Position numbers and translations under genes: made by a program
NCBI GenBank assembly: GCA_030704615.1
Contig: JAKLZA010000177.1
Coordinates: 1-27,000, forward strand
Length of the DNA: 27,000 nt
Source of the DNA: Takakia lepidozioides
Lineage: Eukaryota; Plantae; Bryophyta
Direction of reading: 5' to 3'
Notes under the pieces: generated by a model
What the model saw: only the letters and a program-made list of their open reading frames with translations
What the model was told of the DNA's origin: nothing
The model's database searches: none
Part shown: positions 11,929 through 23,800 of the stretch, piece after piece
How positions within the stretch are numbered: position 1 is the stretch's first letter
Layout: each line of letters opens with the position of its first letter

Positions 11929-14900
11929 GACAGAACACCCGAGATGACAGGTTGTGGGAAAGAGAAGTGGCACGTGCCCGAGCCCTTGGGCTTTCAAGGA
12001 TGCCATGCCCATGTGAACGTTGTTTGGGCACTACAAGTAGATCTGAGGACGGTGTGCGCACACATCTCCTTCACCACAAAAGACATGAAGCATTTCGGGT
12101 GTGGATTGGAGATGGACCTGCAGACGAAGACGATGAGGAGTGGGCACAATTGGACAATGCACACCCCCGAGGGAGCCATACAGACAGGCCAGACGAGGAC
12201 TATGTCATGGGCGCAGGACATGAACCAGGCATGGACGGAGGGGTGGAGATTACTCGAATGTTGCAGGAAGCATTCCACATCATGGACGATGCTGAAGAGG
12301 GGGACGGCGCTGCGACAACTGGGGATGGTGATGACGCAGGAAATGAAGGCATTCACGTGGGGGAAGGCGTGGAAGGAGGTGGAGATGGAGAATTGAATTC
12401 TGCACACATGACACTAGAAGAAGCATGTGTGCCACTGTACGAGGGATGCAAATCCACAAAGCTTGCTGCCACCATGCTGTTGATGAACCTGTGCACAACC
12501 CACGGTGTCTCAGACCATTTTGTGGACGAGTTGTTCTCTTTGCTTCGGCTGAACTTGCTTCCACAACCAAATGAAATGCCAAAAAGCTGTCACATGGCCA
12601 ACCAAATGATTGGGAAGCTCGGCCTCAACTACGTGAAAATACATGCATGTCCAAAAGGACATGTACTTTTCAGAAGAGAGTACAAGGATGCTATGGAGTG
12701 CCCCAAATGCGGTGCAGCCCGATACCATGATGTGGGCAGGTTACAACAGCCAGCCAAGGTGTTGAGGCACTTTCCCCTTATCCCCCGTCTATTACGAATG
12801 TACAAATGCAAGACCATTAGTGAGCTCATGACTTGGCATTCCAGGAATGCCTCAAACGATGGTTTGGTAAGGCATGTCCCAGATTCCCTTGCATGGAAGC
12901 ATATAGATGCAACTTGGCCCGATTTTGCCGAGGACCCACGCAATGTGCGATTGGCTGTATCTACGGATGGAGTAAACCCATACGGATCAAAGAGTTGCAC
13001 ATGGTCCACATGGCCCGTGCAGTTGGTGGCATACAACCTGCCACCATGGTTGACAACAAAGAAATTCTTTGTCATGTTGTCTCTCTTGATTCCAGGCAAG
13101 GAGTCCGTGACAAATGCAAACATAGATGTGTATTTGCAACCATTGATTGAAGAGCTACAGGAACTATGGATTGGAGTTGAAGCTTACGACATTTTGAAAC
13201 CAGTAGGGCAACGGAGTTTCACCCTCCGTGCCATACTCATGTGGTCAATCCACGATTTCCCCGCATATGGCCTTGTTGCGGGTTGCAAGACGAAGGGCTA
13301 CAAAGGGTGCCCCATTTGTGGGCCCTATGTGGATTCACGGCACTCAAAGCCACTAGGGAAGACAATATACATGGGGCATCGACGTTACCTTGCAAGAAAC
13401 CACCCCTACCGACGAGCAGGAAGGCACTTCAATGGATGTGTTGAAAAGAGAATGGCACCAAATGCTGTGACACCGGAGGAGACATTGCAATTTGCAAAGG
13501 AGAAAGAGGCGTTCATGGAGATTGGAGGGAGAGACGGAAGTAGTGCGGATCCAGCCATGGAGCACGGGGTGAAGCGCCGGACAATCCTTTGGGATTTGCC
13601 ATACTGGAAGGTGCATGAATCCCCCCCCCCCCCATTCACTCACTTTCTTTCACATTGTGCTTCCTGGAATTACCTTTACTGTCAGGAGTCCTTCCACCAA
13701 CTCCTAAGTCAGTGTAACTACTATGCAGTAGATGTTGAAGTCGTACACCTCACTGTGGAGAGGATCGTGGAGTTGTTGAAAGCAGAATGTAGTAACATGG
13801 ACAACTTCTGCCACATATTCTACTTTTTTTGCCCATAGAACTTGGTCTCATGGGAGGACATTTGGCATTTCAGAACCTCTTGCAGCGGTACCTCCTGGAC
13901 CCCATGCATTGTGAGAAGAACTTCTGCGAGAACATTCTGAAGACTATCTTTGGGGAGAAGGATACGATAAACGTACGAAAGGACATGGAGATTGAAGGGA
14001 TACGGTCACATCTGTGGCTAAGGCCTGATCCAAATAGACCAGGCAAAGTGCTCATGCCAGCAGCATCATACGTCCTGACCAAATCAGAGCAAGAGGATTT
14101 TTTGAAGACATTGGGAGCCATGAAAGTGCCAACCGGATTCTCGGGTGCTTTCCAAAAGCATGCCATAAACAAGAAATGGTCGGGGATGAAGTCACATGAT
14201 CTACACGTGATGATGCAACAGATTTTGCCAGTGTGCATTCGGGGTACGATGGCGCCAGGTCCTCGAACAGCCATAATGCGTGTAAGTCGAGTGTTTAGGA
14301 AGATTTGTGCGAAGGTGTGGGATCCGAGGGACATTACATCGTTGCATGAGGATGTGGCTATGACCCTATGTTTGCTGGAGAAAGAATTCCCTCCATCATT
14401 CTTTGACGTCATGACGCACTTGCTAGTGCATCTTGTAGAGGAGTTGCATGTGTGTGGGCCCGTAGCCAGCCGGTGGATGTACCCCATGGAGAGGTACATG
14501 AAGGATCTGAAGGGGTATGTACGCAACATGGCACGGCCAGAGGGGTGGCGGAGGGCTACATCCGCGACGAAGCCCTGGGCTTCATGACAGAGTATATGTC
14601 TTCATTTGATGCAATACAACGACGGGTGTGGGACGAGAACGAGGAAGAAGGAGTTGTAGGCGAGGTCCTAGAAGGTGGTGGAACAAAGCGTGCCATGAGC
14701 CCGCGCCTTCGGGATGTGGCACATGATTATGTGCTGAACAACACAACAACCATGACACCATGGAGACAGTGGGTGCCAACTTACATCCCTCCTGTGCTAT
14801 TCTTAATGGTCTTTGTATGCTGGAATTACATATATATTGTCACAAGTCATTCCGGCCACTATGGGAGTGGGATCGTGTACTAACAGGGTGCTTCAGACGA

Positions 14901-15929
14901 CTACAGAGGGTGTTTCGTAGATCTTGGTTGCTTGCAAGTGATTATGAAGTAGGCTGCATCACTACAGTGTGCTTGAAAGGACACACACTCTGCATGTGGC
15001 ATGCATGTACAGCACGGTGTTGGTCAGGGGGACTGAGTTGCAGCTTCTATTTGGTTTCTGCCAGAAAGTACGCAGCGGAGAAGGTCCGCCTGAAAACGGA
15101 ACGGAGTGCATTTGCAAAAGCATGGCGGAGGGGCGGTCGTAGGCGCAGATCCCCGGTGGAGTACCCCACAACAATGGAGGAGCTGCAGCCCTTTACAGTG
15201 TGGGTCAGATCTGCAATTGCAGTGTACGCATCAGAGAACGAGGACCCAGATGAGGGCATGGTGAGTCTGTCATTCCCCCCAGGGCTGATTGCCACTTCGT
15301 ACCGGTCAATGAAAGCATATGGCAATCACTATAGAGTGGACGATGCCAACACCAGCCTCCTGGTGACTTATGACAGCGGAGTGGCATCATTTTTTGAACA
15401 AGAGAGTAGGAGCTGTGCACGAGATCAGAATCCAATTTCATGCCATGTGCAATATGTAGGAGTGATCAAAGAGATCCTTAAACTAGACTATGGTCTTGTG
15501 AAGCCAATTCTATTCCGTTGTTCTTGGGTAAAAGCCAATATGGTAGGAGAGAATGCCACCATGAAACGGGATGAGTACGGGTTCCTCCTTGCTGATTTCA
15601 GAAAAATGCTACCACAAGATGAAGAGCCATTCATCTTCCCATCGCAAGTTGAGCAAGTTTTCTTTTCAGATGACACCCATGCGCCGGGATGGAAGGTGGT
15701 TCTTCACAAGGACCCCCGGGCCAAACGAGTCGTGGCCGACGTCCATGATCTGGACCTAGGGGAGAATGCCGACCACGAGGGTCTGAGGGAACCACGAAAT
15801 CTACCAGATACGGCCGAACCAGTCTCTTTGGAAGGAGCAGTTACCTTTAATGAGGAAGACATTCCAGGGTTGGTAATTACCGCAAGGCAAATTGCAGATG
15901 TGGGTAGTGAAGGGGAAGATTATAGATAG
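11929..15929 (+). CDS. CACTA/EnSpm TnpD (Tnp2) transposase
   Basis: Exons ~11929-13610, 13874-14768 and 15065-15929 with GT-AG junctions; one frameshift near 14545. Motifs: CPCERC..THL (transposase-associated), IHACPKGH..CPKC, DSLAWKHID..PRNVRLAVSTDGVNP, YNLPPW, IDVYLQPLIEELQELW, HDFPAYG, DPMHCEKN, GMKSHDLH, RWMYPMERYM (DUF4218-like) and EPFIFPSQVEQVFF (DUF4216-like). The true start is uncertain. Confidence 0.93.
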
Positions 15930-16769
15930 TGAGCCCAGCTGAATCTCAGTGTCCATTAAGCCAGCAGCTCATAGACGAGAGCTATGCTAAGGACTCTTAC
16001 TGTCCTTAGAACCCATTTTGTACAGTCCTGCAAGCGCGCAAGGGCGAGACAGTTAATAGTATCGATAATGTCCCGGTATGTGGTCCGTACTGTCTTGTGA
16101 ACAAACCTTTTTTTGTTCTGCCAATATTGTTTCTGACATGTGAGGAGAGGATCGTCTTCATGTACGGGAAGTAGACGTGAATGTGTGCATGCATTTTCTG
16201 GCCCAGCTGCATGCTTTCCAGGAACAAAGACCAGTGGAATGGGGGGTGTCTCCAAAGGAGCAGGACCGAACGACACCTTTTTGTGCTTCCCTTGCTTTCC
16301 TTCTCACCGTTGTTGCATTCTCCCACCTGCCCAACAGCAGCACTCTCGAAGCAATAGCATGACATATGTTGCAACATGGTCTTCTTCACCAGCGAATGAG
16401 CTTTTTTGCTACATGTACTGCCACGTCCACATTAACGTTGATCCCTGCAAGCACTTGGCAAGACACCCCAGAGCCGCAAATCCAGCAACCACCACAAACA
16501 CATCTAACTGATTGTAGTGACACGGGAATAGCTCACTTGTAGAGGAATTGAACCTCCAGCCAAATGAATGGCTCTGCCCCTTGTAGCACAAGTGCGATGC
16601 AAAAACAAGGTGAGTACAAAATGAAGAAGCACTTACGAGGTCCCCATCCCTCGGATGGGCTCCCACTTGTGCTCTGGAACTGTGCAGGCCTGACTAGCAC
16701 CAAATTGCATGAATCCTAAGCCTGAATGTCAAATGCAGGTTTATGTCGCGATGCAGCACGCCATCATCT

Positions 16770-17070
16770 AACCTGTAGTTTCCAGTTTCACTGGTGTCAC
16801 AACTGCCTTCAAGTCAACATCAAAATTAAGTCCACCTATGCGCAAATCGCAGAATGTCTCATGACACCATCTGCCGCCGCTGGTTTGGCATGATATGATT
16901 GTAGTTCACAACCTTAATGAACGCTTTCAGCCTTGACCTCTTTGCGATCTTCTTCTGTGACTGCTTCTTCATAATTTATGAAAGGGAAAAGCAGCTACAC
17001 ATCAAATTCTTGCAAGTACAGGGGGGTACTCAGGCCTCCTTGGGAGAAAGAGTGCCATAAACACAGACAC
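16770..17070 (-). pseudogene. RPL27: 60S ribosomal protein eL27 gene fragment, copy 1
   Basis: Minus strand reads MKKQSQKKIAKRSRLKAFIKVVNYNHIMP, then after an intron-sized gap FDVDLKAVVTPVKLETT; matches the conserved eL27 core. Confidence 0.85.
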
Positions 17071-17209
17071 ATCCTTAAATGTAAAAATTGGAGAAGCGAA
17101 CGTCTGGTGGCAATAACTGCCTAAACCAGAATTATACTCCATTCCAGCGCACATGTAAAGGGTCGGATGATAACTCGGAATCCCAGTTGGAGATAATGAG
17201 ACGAATACA

Positions 17210-17650
17210 TGACTATCTTGCGAGTTTCAACTTTCTTGGAGGTAGTTTCCAGTTTCTCTGGTGTCACAACTGCCTTCAAGCTGGGTTTAGAGGAATTAAG
17301 TCCCACTCGCAAATGCAGAATGTCTCCCTCATCTGCGTGGGCAAAATGGGGTTTGGCATGATATGATTGTAGTTCACAACCAAAGGGCATATTCTTCAGC
17401 CTTGACGTCTTTGCGATCTTCTTCTGTGACGCCTTCTGCATAACTTGTGAAATGGAAAAGCAGCTACACATCAAATTATTGCGATGCCACTCAATGGCAC
17501 TATGAACGTTTCGAGCATGCTGTCAGAAAACTAGACGGGCAAAAACCCAATTCAGCAGCCTCACCTTGCGTGGATACTTGGGAATTGATGCCAGAAGGGC
17601 ATGCCCGTATGCGCGCTCCATCGTGCCTCCATCCAGCACATTCTGTAAAT
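17210..17650 (-). pseudogene. RPL27: 60S ribosomal protein eL27 gene fragment, copy 2 (diverged direct repeat of copy 1, offset ~467 bp)
   Basis: DGGTMERAYGHALLASIPKYPRK | GT intron | VMQKASQKKIAKTSRLK..(frameshift)VNYNHIMP | gap | LKAVVTPEKLETTSKKVETRK. Confidence 0.85.
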
Positions 17651-17914
17651 GATGAATGACCAAGACCCCGATGTCACACCGTTCTGAGAAGCCACTACGC
17701 GCGCTCACAGTATACGAAGGCCTTGCCGTGTCAGGATTTCCATTCCCACGTCCCGCCATGTCCGACGCAGCACTTGCATCCTTGTCTCTGCCAGGTGGAG
17801 GCAGCACGTATTAAAATATCTATTCCCCCAAGGCCACATTTTGTTTACCTCTTTTTGTGAAAGCCACGTCAGCAAATGTGCTGCCGAGTCATGGGTGCAA
17901 TGAATGCGCAGTGG

Positions 17915-18257
17915 TTCATGGAGTCGTTGAGTCGACTACATATTCACTTTAATGAATAAATATCTTTATTCCATTAATCGAATTAGGAAAGAAAATTTGT
18001 AGTCGCATGTGCAGTAATTACAACCACTTGTAATTTTGGCTTTTTCAAATTTTATGTATTTACGCAATTCGTAAAATAGCCCGGAATTCTGCTACGACTC
18101 CGGAGTCGTTGACCCCACTTCTGTCCGCCGTCTGAAATGCCCCCGTGGGCCCACATTGTCTGTTTCGACTCTCCAGTAGTCCCGTTTACTACCAAGTGGT
18201 TCCCGGAGTGGTCGCGGACATGCAGTCGAATCGGAAAAGACACGAATGCTTCTAGTG
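17915..18257. repeat. Possible CACTA right terminus: GTCG/CGAC-cored subterminal-like motifs ending in ..TTCTAGTG
   Basis: GAGTCG/CGACTC and GACTACA/TGTAGTC occur in both orientations (17921, 17934, 17998, 18095-18108, 18166). TAGTG ends at 18257. No matching left TIR or 3-bp TSD was found in the window. Confidence 0.35.
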
Positions 18258-18457
18258 ATACCTCTTGCTTATGCTGCATTCAACTAGTGCTAGGGCTCTG
18301 CATGCCAACTGATTAGATCCTACAACCCTGCCGTCAGGGATGGTAATGCTTGGGTTTTGTGTTTCTTGATGTGGGCATCAGATTTGGGGATTTGTTTTTT
18401 TGTTCTATACGTAGGCTTGTAGTGATTGGGGTGAGCTGTGTGGGTGGTAGGGAATCT

Positions 18458-19892
18458 ATGGCGCCTAAGCGCAAGGCCCTTGCTGCACCAGAGCCACCAC
18501 CTCCTCCACCCGAGCATGCAGCTGCAACCCATGTTATAAGATAATGGGCGATGCAGGAACAACATTACACTGAGGAGCAGTGTAAGGTAATCTTGGGTTG
18601 CATTTCTCCTGACTTCCTGTTAAGCTTGCCTCCCCCGCCAGGTGTCAATCGCTGGCCTCGCCACCCTCGCCCTCACAACTTTCGTTTCCTGTTTAGATGT
18701 CAAGTTGCACTTGTTCTAGGTTGGAGAGAGAGAAGTTCAATGTGCCACGTAAGAGGCCCCAGAGTAATATGAGATCAATCAAAATTTGTTCAATGGGCCA
18801 ACGGATGGTTGCCCATCCAAATGATTTTCGTTTAGCTTAATCTTGCCTTGCATTCAACCGAAGCCATAAGAAAGAACCCCTAAAACTACAGTAGATTAAG
18901 CTGTCGTTGACGACAACTTAATCTTGCTCTGAATTCAACCTAAGCCACGGGAAATAAACTCTAGAACTATAGCAGATTAAGTTGTCGTTGACGACAACTT
19001 AATCTTGCCCTGAATTCAACCTAAGCCATGGGAAATAACCCTAGAACTACAGCAGATTAAGCTGTCGTTGACGACAGCTTAATTTTGCCCTGCAAAACAT
19101 GTCATCACATACGCGGAATGAGGGGTACATATACTCAAAGATTAAGCTATCGTTTACAACCGCCTATTTTTGCCCTGTTGAAGATGTCCAAACTCGGGGG
19201 GAATGGAAGGGTAGAACCACAGGAAGATTAAGGTGTCGTCAATCCTTCTTTGCCGAAGAGGATTGAATAGATGGGAAATGAGGGGGAAAACAACATGAAG
19301 ATTAAGCTATCGTTGACGACAGCTTAATCTTGCCCTGAATTTTATGTCCTACCACATGTCATTTTGCAGAAAAAGAGGAAGAAAGCAGGGGGAAGCCAGC
19401 CTCAAGAGGAAACAGTTGTACCTCAAGACAAGGACTTAGTTGTGGACCCCAACTATGAGGCCAAGGTACATTTTCTTATGTACACCACCAAGGTGAACTC
19501 GAGGAAAGTCATCAACTCCATGGAAGTGAAAGACGACACTCTTTTCATTCCTCTGTGCCGGATGATTTCTATGCCAGCAGTTCGGCCTGCCCTTCACCAC
19601 GATATCAAGAAGCTACATGGGGATTTTATCCATGGGTACTTGAAGGGTTCAACTGTGTTTTACGTGTCACTGACTGATATCCACGGATCCGAGAAATTGG
19701 TGGACCTGGATATAATGGACAGGTGGGACCTGCTTTGGCAAGAAGTGAATACGTAGTTTGAGATTGAGCTTTCACAGAACCCAGCACACGTGCAGTACAT
19801 AAACAAAATGTTCTTTGTCTGGGATGGCAACCACCGTTTGATGGCCTGGATGGAGTACATCAGCAGGATATATGCGGAGAACAAAGAGTGGC
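18458..19892 (+). pseudogene. Spliced gene for a ParB/Sulfiredoxin-like domain protein, with two premature stops, truncated by the LTR element
   Basis: Exon 1 at 18458-18586 (MAPKRKA..EEQCK|GT; TAA at 18542). Acceptor TTTTGCAG ends at 19369. The next exon reads IPLCRMISMPAVRPALHHDIKKL..FYVSL..WQEVNT*FEIEL..KMFFVWDGNHRLMAW, with DGNHR at 19823-19837 in frame past the TAG at 19754. Confidence 0.7.
18834..19340. repeat. Array of ~30-bp palindromes (GATTAAGCTGTCGT-TG-ACGACAGCTTAATC) at 74-86 bp spacing
   Basis: Copies start at 18894, 18975, 19055, 19140 (degenerate), 19226 (left half only) and 19300, plus a right half ending at 18842. Most are followed by TTGCCCTG. Confidence 0.92.
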
Positions 19893-20593
19893 TGTCGCGG
19901 ACCTTTGCCTTGAGGGCAGGGGGTCGGGACACATGAGGGGCTGCCCCTGTGGTGGGGGCAGCGGCAGCGATAGGTATGGGGGGCTGAAGCACCCTTGAGT
20001 GCCCAAGGCACTCAAGGAGGCGGAGGCGCTCACTAGGTGGAGCCCCGCACACCGGGTTGCGGTGGGGGTGGCTCCACAAGGGGTGGTGGTAGCTTAGCGG
20101 GACTTAGTGGGCGTGGCATAGGACTCACCATGGGGGCGGAGACTCGTGGTGGGAGTCGTGGGGAGTCTTGGGACTCATCACGGTCCATAGGGGCCGTGGT
20201 GAGTGGGCCAAGACTCATCACCGGGAGTCGAGGGTTTTCGTGGTGGTTCGCCATAAAATGGCATGGCTGGTTGTGAAACCCCCGCGGACAGCTACAGAAG
20301 TATATATAGGGAGTAGTAACCCCGAGAACGGTGCAAGCCCGTTGGTGACCAAAAACTAGTGAGTAAGCGAGCGAGCCGGAAAGCGACCAAAGAGTGGGGA
20401 GCTGTTCCGGACTGCCATCTACCAAAGGGAATTCCACTAGTCCCAAATAGGTGGAGGGTTTAGTGGGAAGCGAAGGGGGACCGTTATGTCTCGGTGAGCA
20501 ACCGAAGCTCCAAGTTGGCCCGGCGGCCAGGTTGGGAGTCAGGCGCGCGCATCAAAGCGAGTAATTATGACGTGAAGGGGAGCTTACCGAAGT
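19893..20593 (+). repeat. 5' LTR (last 13 nt and PBS missing)
   Basis: Matches 26079-26788, then diverges. TATA-like TATATATA at ~20300. Confidence 0.93.
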
Positions 20594-20818
20594 ACGCAAT
20601 CGTCCTTGGGATTGGCCTCATCATGGGGTCGGGCAAGCCGAACCGAAAGCGGAACGGCCCAAAAGATGATGATCCTGGTGAGCCCGATGGGGGCGACGTG
20701 TCACCGAGGTAGCCATTTGAGGAAGCGATGCATGTTTCCGAAAACGAGGCCGCTCAAGAGCGGGAGGAATCCGAGGAGTCGGAGCCCGAGGAATCCTTGA
20801 GCTCCGACAAACCAAGAG

Positions 20819-23800
20819 ATGCCTCCCATGCCGGCAGCCTTTTGGGAAGGGTTGTTGGCGCAGTTTGGCGGGACGTTGAAAGACGTGTTGAAGGCGGCTA
20901 ATGCCACTTCCACTAAGGCAAAGTTTAAGGTGAAGCCTAAGGAACCCGGCACCTTCGAGGGCGTCCGAAATCGGAAGGCACTCAACACCTGGCTCTTGGA
21001 GCTAGAGCAGTACTTCCGGGCGGCCAAGTTGAGTGACGAGGATCGGGTGGAAGTGGCTCCCACCTATTTGAGGGGCTATGCTCAACAATGGTGGCAGAAA
21101 CGCCTTCACGACCGAGGCCCAAGCCCAGAAACCTTGAACTGGAGTGGGTTCAAGGAATTGATGAAGAGACAGTTTGTGCCCCTCAACGCGTCCTGGCTTG
21201 CCCGGGACAAGATGAGGAATTTGAAGCAAACAGATGACATTCAATGTCCAGGCTTTCAATGTGCTGTTGCTCGAAGTCGCGGACATGGCAGAACCAGAAA
21301 TGGTCTTCAACTTTGTGGCGGGACTGGCCCCATGGGCCAGGCGGAAGTTGGAGGAGAAGCCACCCAAGACTTTGAACGAGGCAATTGAGAGGGCTGAATG
21401 TTTCTCGGATGTCCCTAGGGGTGAGAGACAAGGCCGTACGGAGCTGAACCACAAGAAGACCCGGCGGGAAGGTGACTCCTTCCGACCGAAAAGAAGTGGG
21501 ATAGGCCACGCGGCGACAATGGCACGTGGAAATCGAAGGGAGGGCCTTCACACGTCAAGGCGGCACCCGGTGCTTCGAAAGGAAAAGCGGGTGGAGCGGC
21601 TTATGGCGGACAGAAGGCGACCTTTGATGGAGTGTGTTTCAATTGCGGGGAGCCCGGGCACATGGCCAAGAAGTGCACAAAACCTCGACAATTGAACATG
21701 ACTCGGGCAACCACGGAGCTGTCGGAAGATACCATCAGTCGCTTGGTGGAAGCGGTGGTCGCCAGGACTTGCAAGGTAGGCAACTATTCTTGTGAGTTGT
21801 ATCAGGAAACTGGCGCCCTACGTAAAGGGAGTCAGTTATTGTTCGTGGATGGGATAATATCCGGAACTAATGTGTCGTTGTTGGTGGACACAGGAGCGTC
21901 GCACTCCTTCATGACACCGGCGCGGCGCGAAAGTGGGACTCCCGACAAGTGACGTGGGGGCCTCTATTGAGGTGCGTTCTGCCAAAGGAGAACCACAGTT
22001 GGCGACAAGGTTGGCGTTTGATGTTCCTCTTCAACTGGGGAGTTGGGAGGGACGTGAGAACTTCACCATCTGCGAGATCGATGGAGTGGATCTCATTTTG
22101 GGGATGACCTTTTTGAGCAAATCCGGAGCGGTCATAGATGGCCGCAAGAGAGTAGTCACGCTGCCATGTGGGAATGGTGGCGAGGTTTTACGAGTGTCGG
22201 AAACGCCCAAATCCGTGGGAGGGCGAATAAACCTTCTGTCAGCAAGGGAGTGGGCCGTGGAGGAGGCACACGAGCCCCAGTTTTTGCTTTACATTAGAGA
22301 AGTGAAGGGAGAAGGCGATGGGGAGCCGAGCCCAGATTGGATCAAGGGGATTTTGGAGAAATACCAGGATGTGATGCCGGAGGATTTACCAAGCGGCTTG
22401 CCACCGCGAAGAGGAGTTGACCACAAGATTGAGGTGATACCGGGATCGGAACCGCCTGCCAAGGCGCCCTACCGGTTGAGCCACAGAGAGTTGGTCGAGC
22501 TGAAGACTCAGCTCAAGGATCTAATGTCAAAGGGGTACATCCGGCCGAGTAAGTCACCTTACGGAGCCCCGGTGCTATTCGCAGACAAGAAGGATGGGAC
22601 GCTGCGGATGTGTGTCGATTACAGGGCTTTGAATAAGGTGACTATCAAAAACCGGTACCCTTTGCCAAGGATCGACGACCTTTCGATCGGTTGGCAGGAG
22701 CGAAGTATTTCAGCCGGATCGACTTGCGCTCCGGCTATCATCAAATTCGGGTGGCGGAAGGAGATGAGGAGAAGACCGCGTGCAGGACAAGGTATGGTTC
22801 ATATGAGTTCTTGGTGATGCCTTTTGGGCTCACCAATGCACCAGCGACCTTTAGCACGCTGATGAACAGCCTTTTTCAGGAGTGGTTGGATGACTTTGTG
22901 ATCGTGTACATCGACGACATCTTGGTGTACTCGAAAACAAAGGAGGAGCACCTGGAGCACCTCAAAAGGGTGTTCCAAAATTGCGGGAAGGGAAGCTGTA
23001 TGCCAAAGCTTCAAAGTGCGAATTCGGGGTCACAAAAGTGGAGTTCTTGGGGCATGTGATTACACAGGATGGGATCAAAATGGATGACAGAAAGGTGAGG
23101 GCGATCTTGGACTGGGAGCCTCCGACTTCGGTCCCGGGAGTGCGATCCTTCCTAGGACTCGCCTCCTATTACCGGAAGTATGTGAGAAATTTCGCCAAGA
23201 TCGCGGGGCCGCTGTCGGACCTTCTGTGTAAATCCAAAGTCTGGGTATGGAACACATTTTGTGGCCAAGCTTTTGCTGAATTGAAGCAGCGGATGGCGGA
23301 AGCTCCAGTCTTGAAAATCCCGGAGTTCGATCGTCCATTTGAGATTCATACAGATGCGTCGGACTTCGCGATTGGGGGTGTACTTATGCAAGATGGACGT
23401 CCAGTGGCTTACGAAAGTAAGAAACTGAATGAAGTGGAGCGACGGTGGCCGACGCACGAAAAAGAGATGAAGGCGGTGGTGCATTGTCTTGAGCTTTGGC
23501 GCCACTATGTTGGTTCCAACCCAGTGAAGGTGTTCACGGACAATGTCACGGTGAAGTATTTTGCCACGCAGCCCAAGTTGTCCCCAAAACAACTTAGGTG
23601 GCAAGATACTTTGGCGGTGTTCGACGTGGATATCCAGTACAAACCGGGACGGACAACGTGGTGGCCGATGCTTTAAGTAGAAAGCAGCAGCTCTTGTTGG
23701 TGTACAAGGGCGAGACGGCGCTCCAAAGGAAGATCCGGAAGGCTTGCCGGAAGGATGAGCTGGCGAAGTCCGTGATGCAGGACTTGAGGATGGGGGTTAA

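Noticed and set aside
4118-16519. CACTA TIR pair CACTACAA(4118)..TTGTAGTG(16519)
   Set aside because: Only 8 bp match and the flanks AAG versus ACA give no 3-bp TSD.
15956-16700. Possible further captured gene fragments
   Set aside because: Splice-like signals are present but I recognise no protein family.
18834-19340. CRISPR array
   Set aside because: The first spacers are copies of each other, the repeats are degenerate, there are no cas genes, and the context is a eukaryotic intron.
19660-20446. ORFs overlapping the LTRs (also 25916-26621)
   Set aside because: GC-rich LTR sequence gives spurious open frames with no domain signal.
21234-21952. Programmed gag-pol frameshift
   Set aside because: The zinc knuckle and protease share one frame, and the breaks fall inside domains like the other indels.
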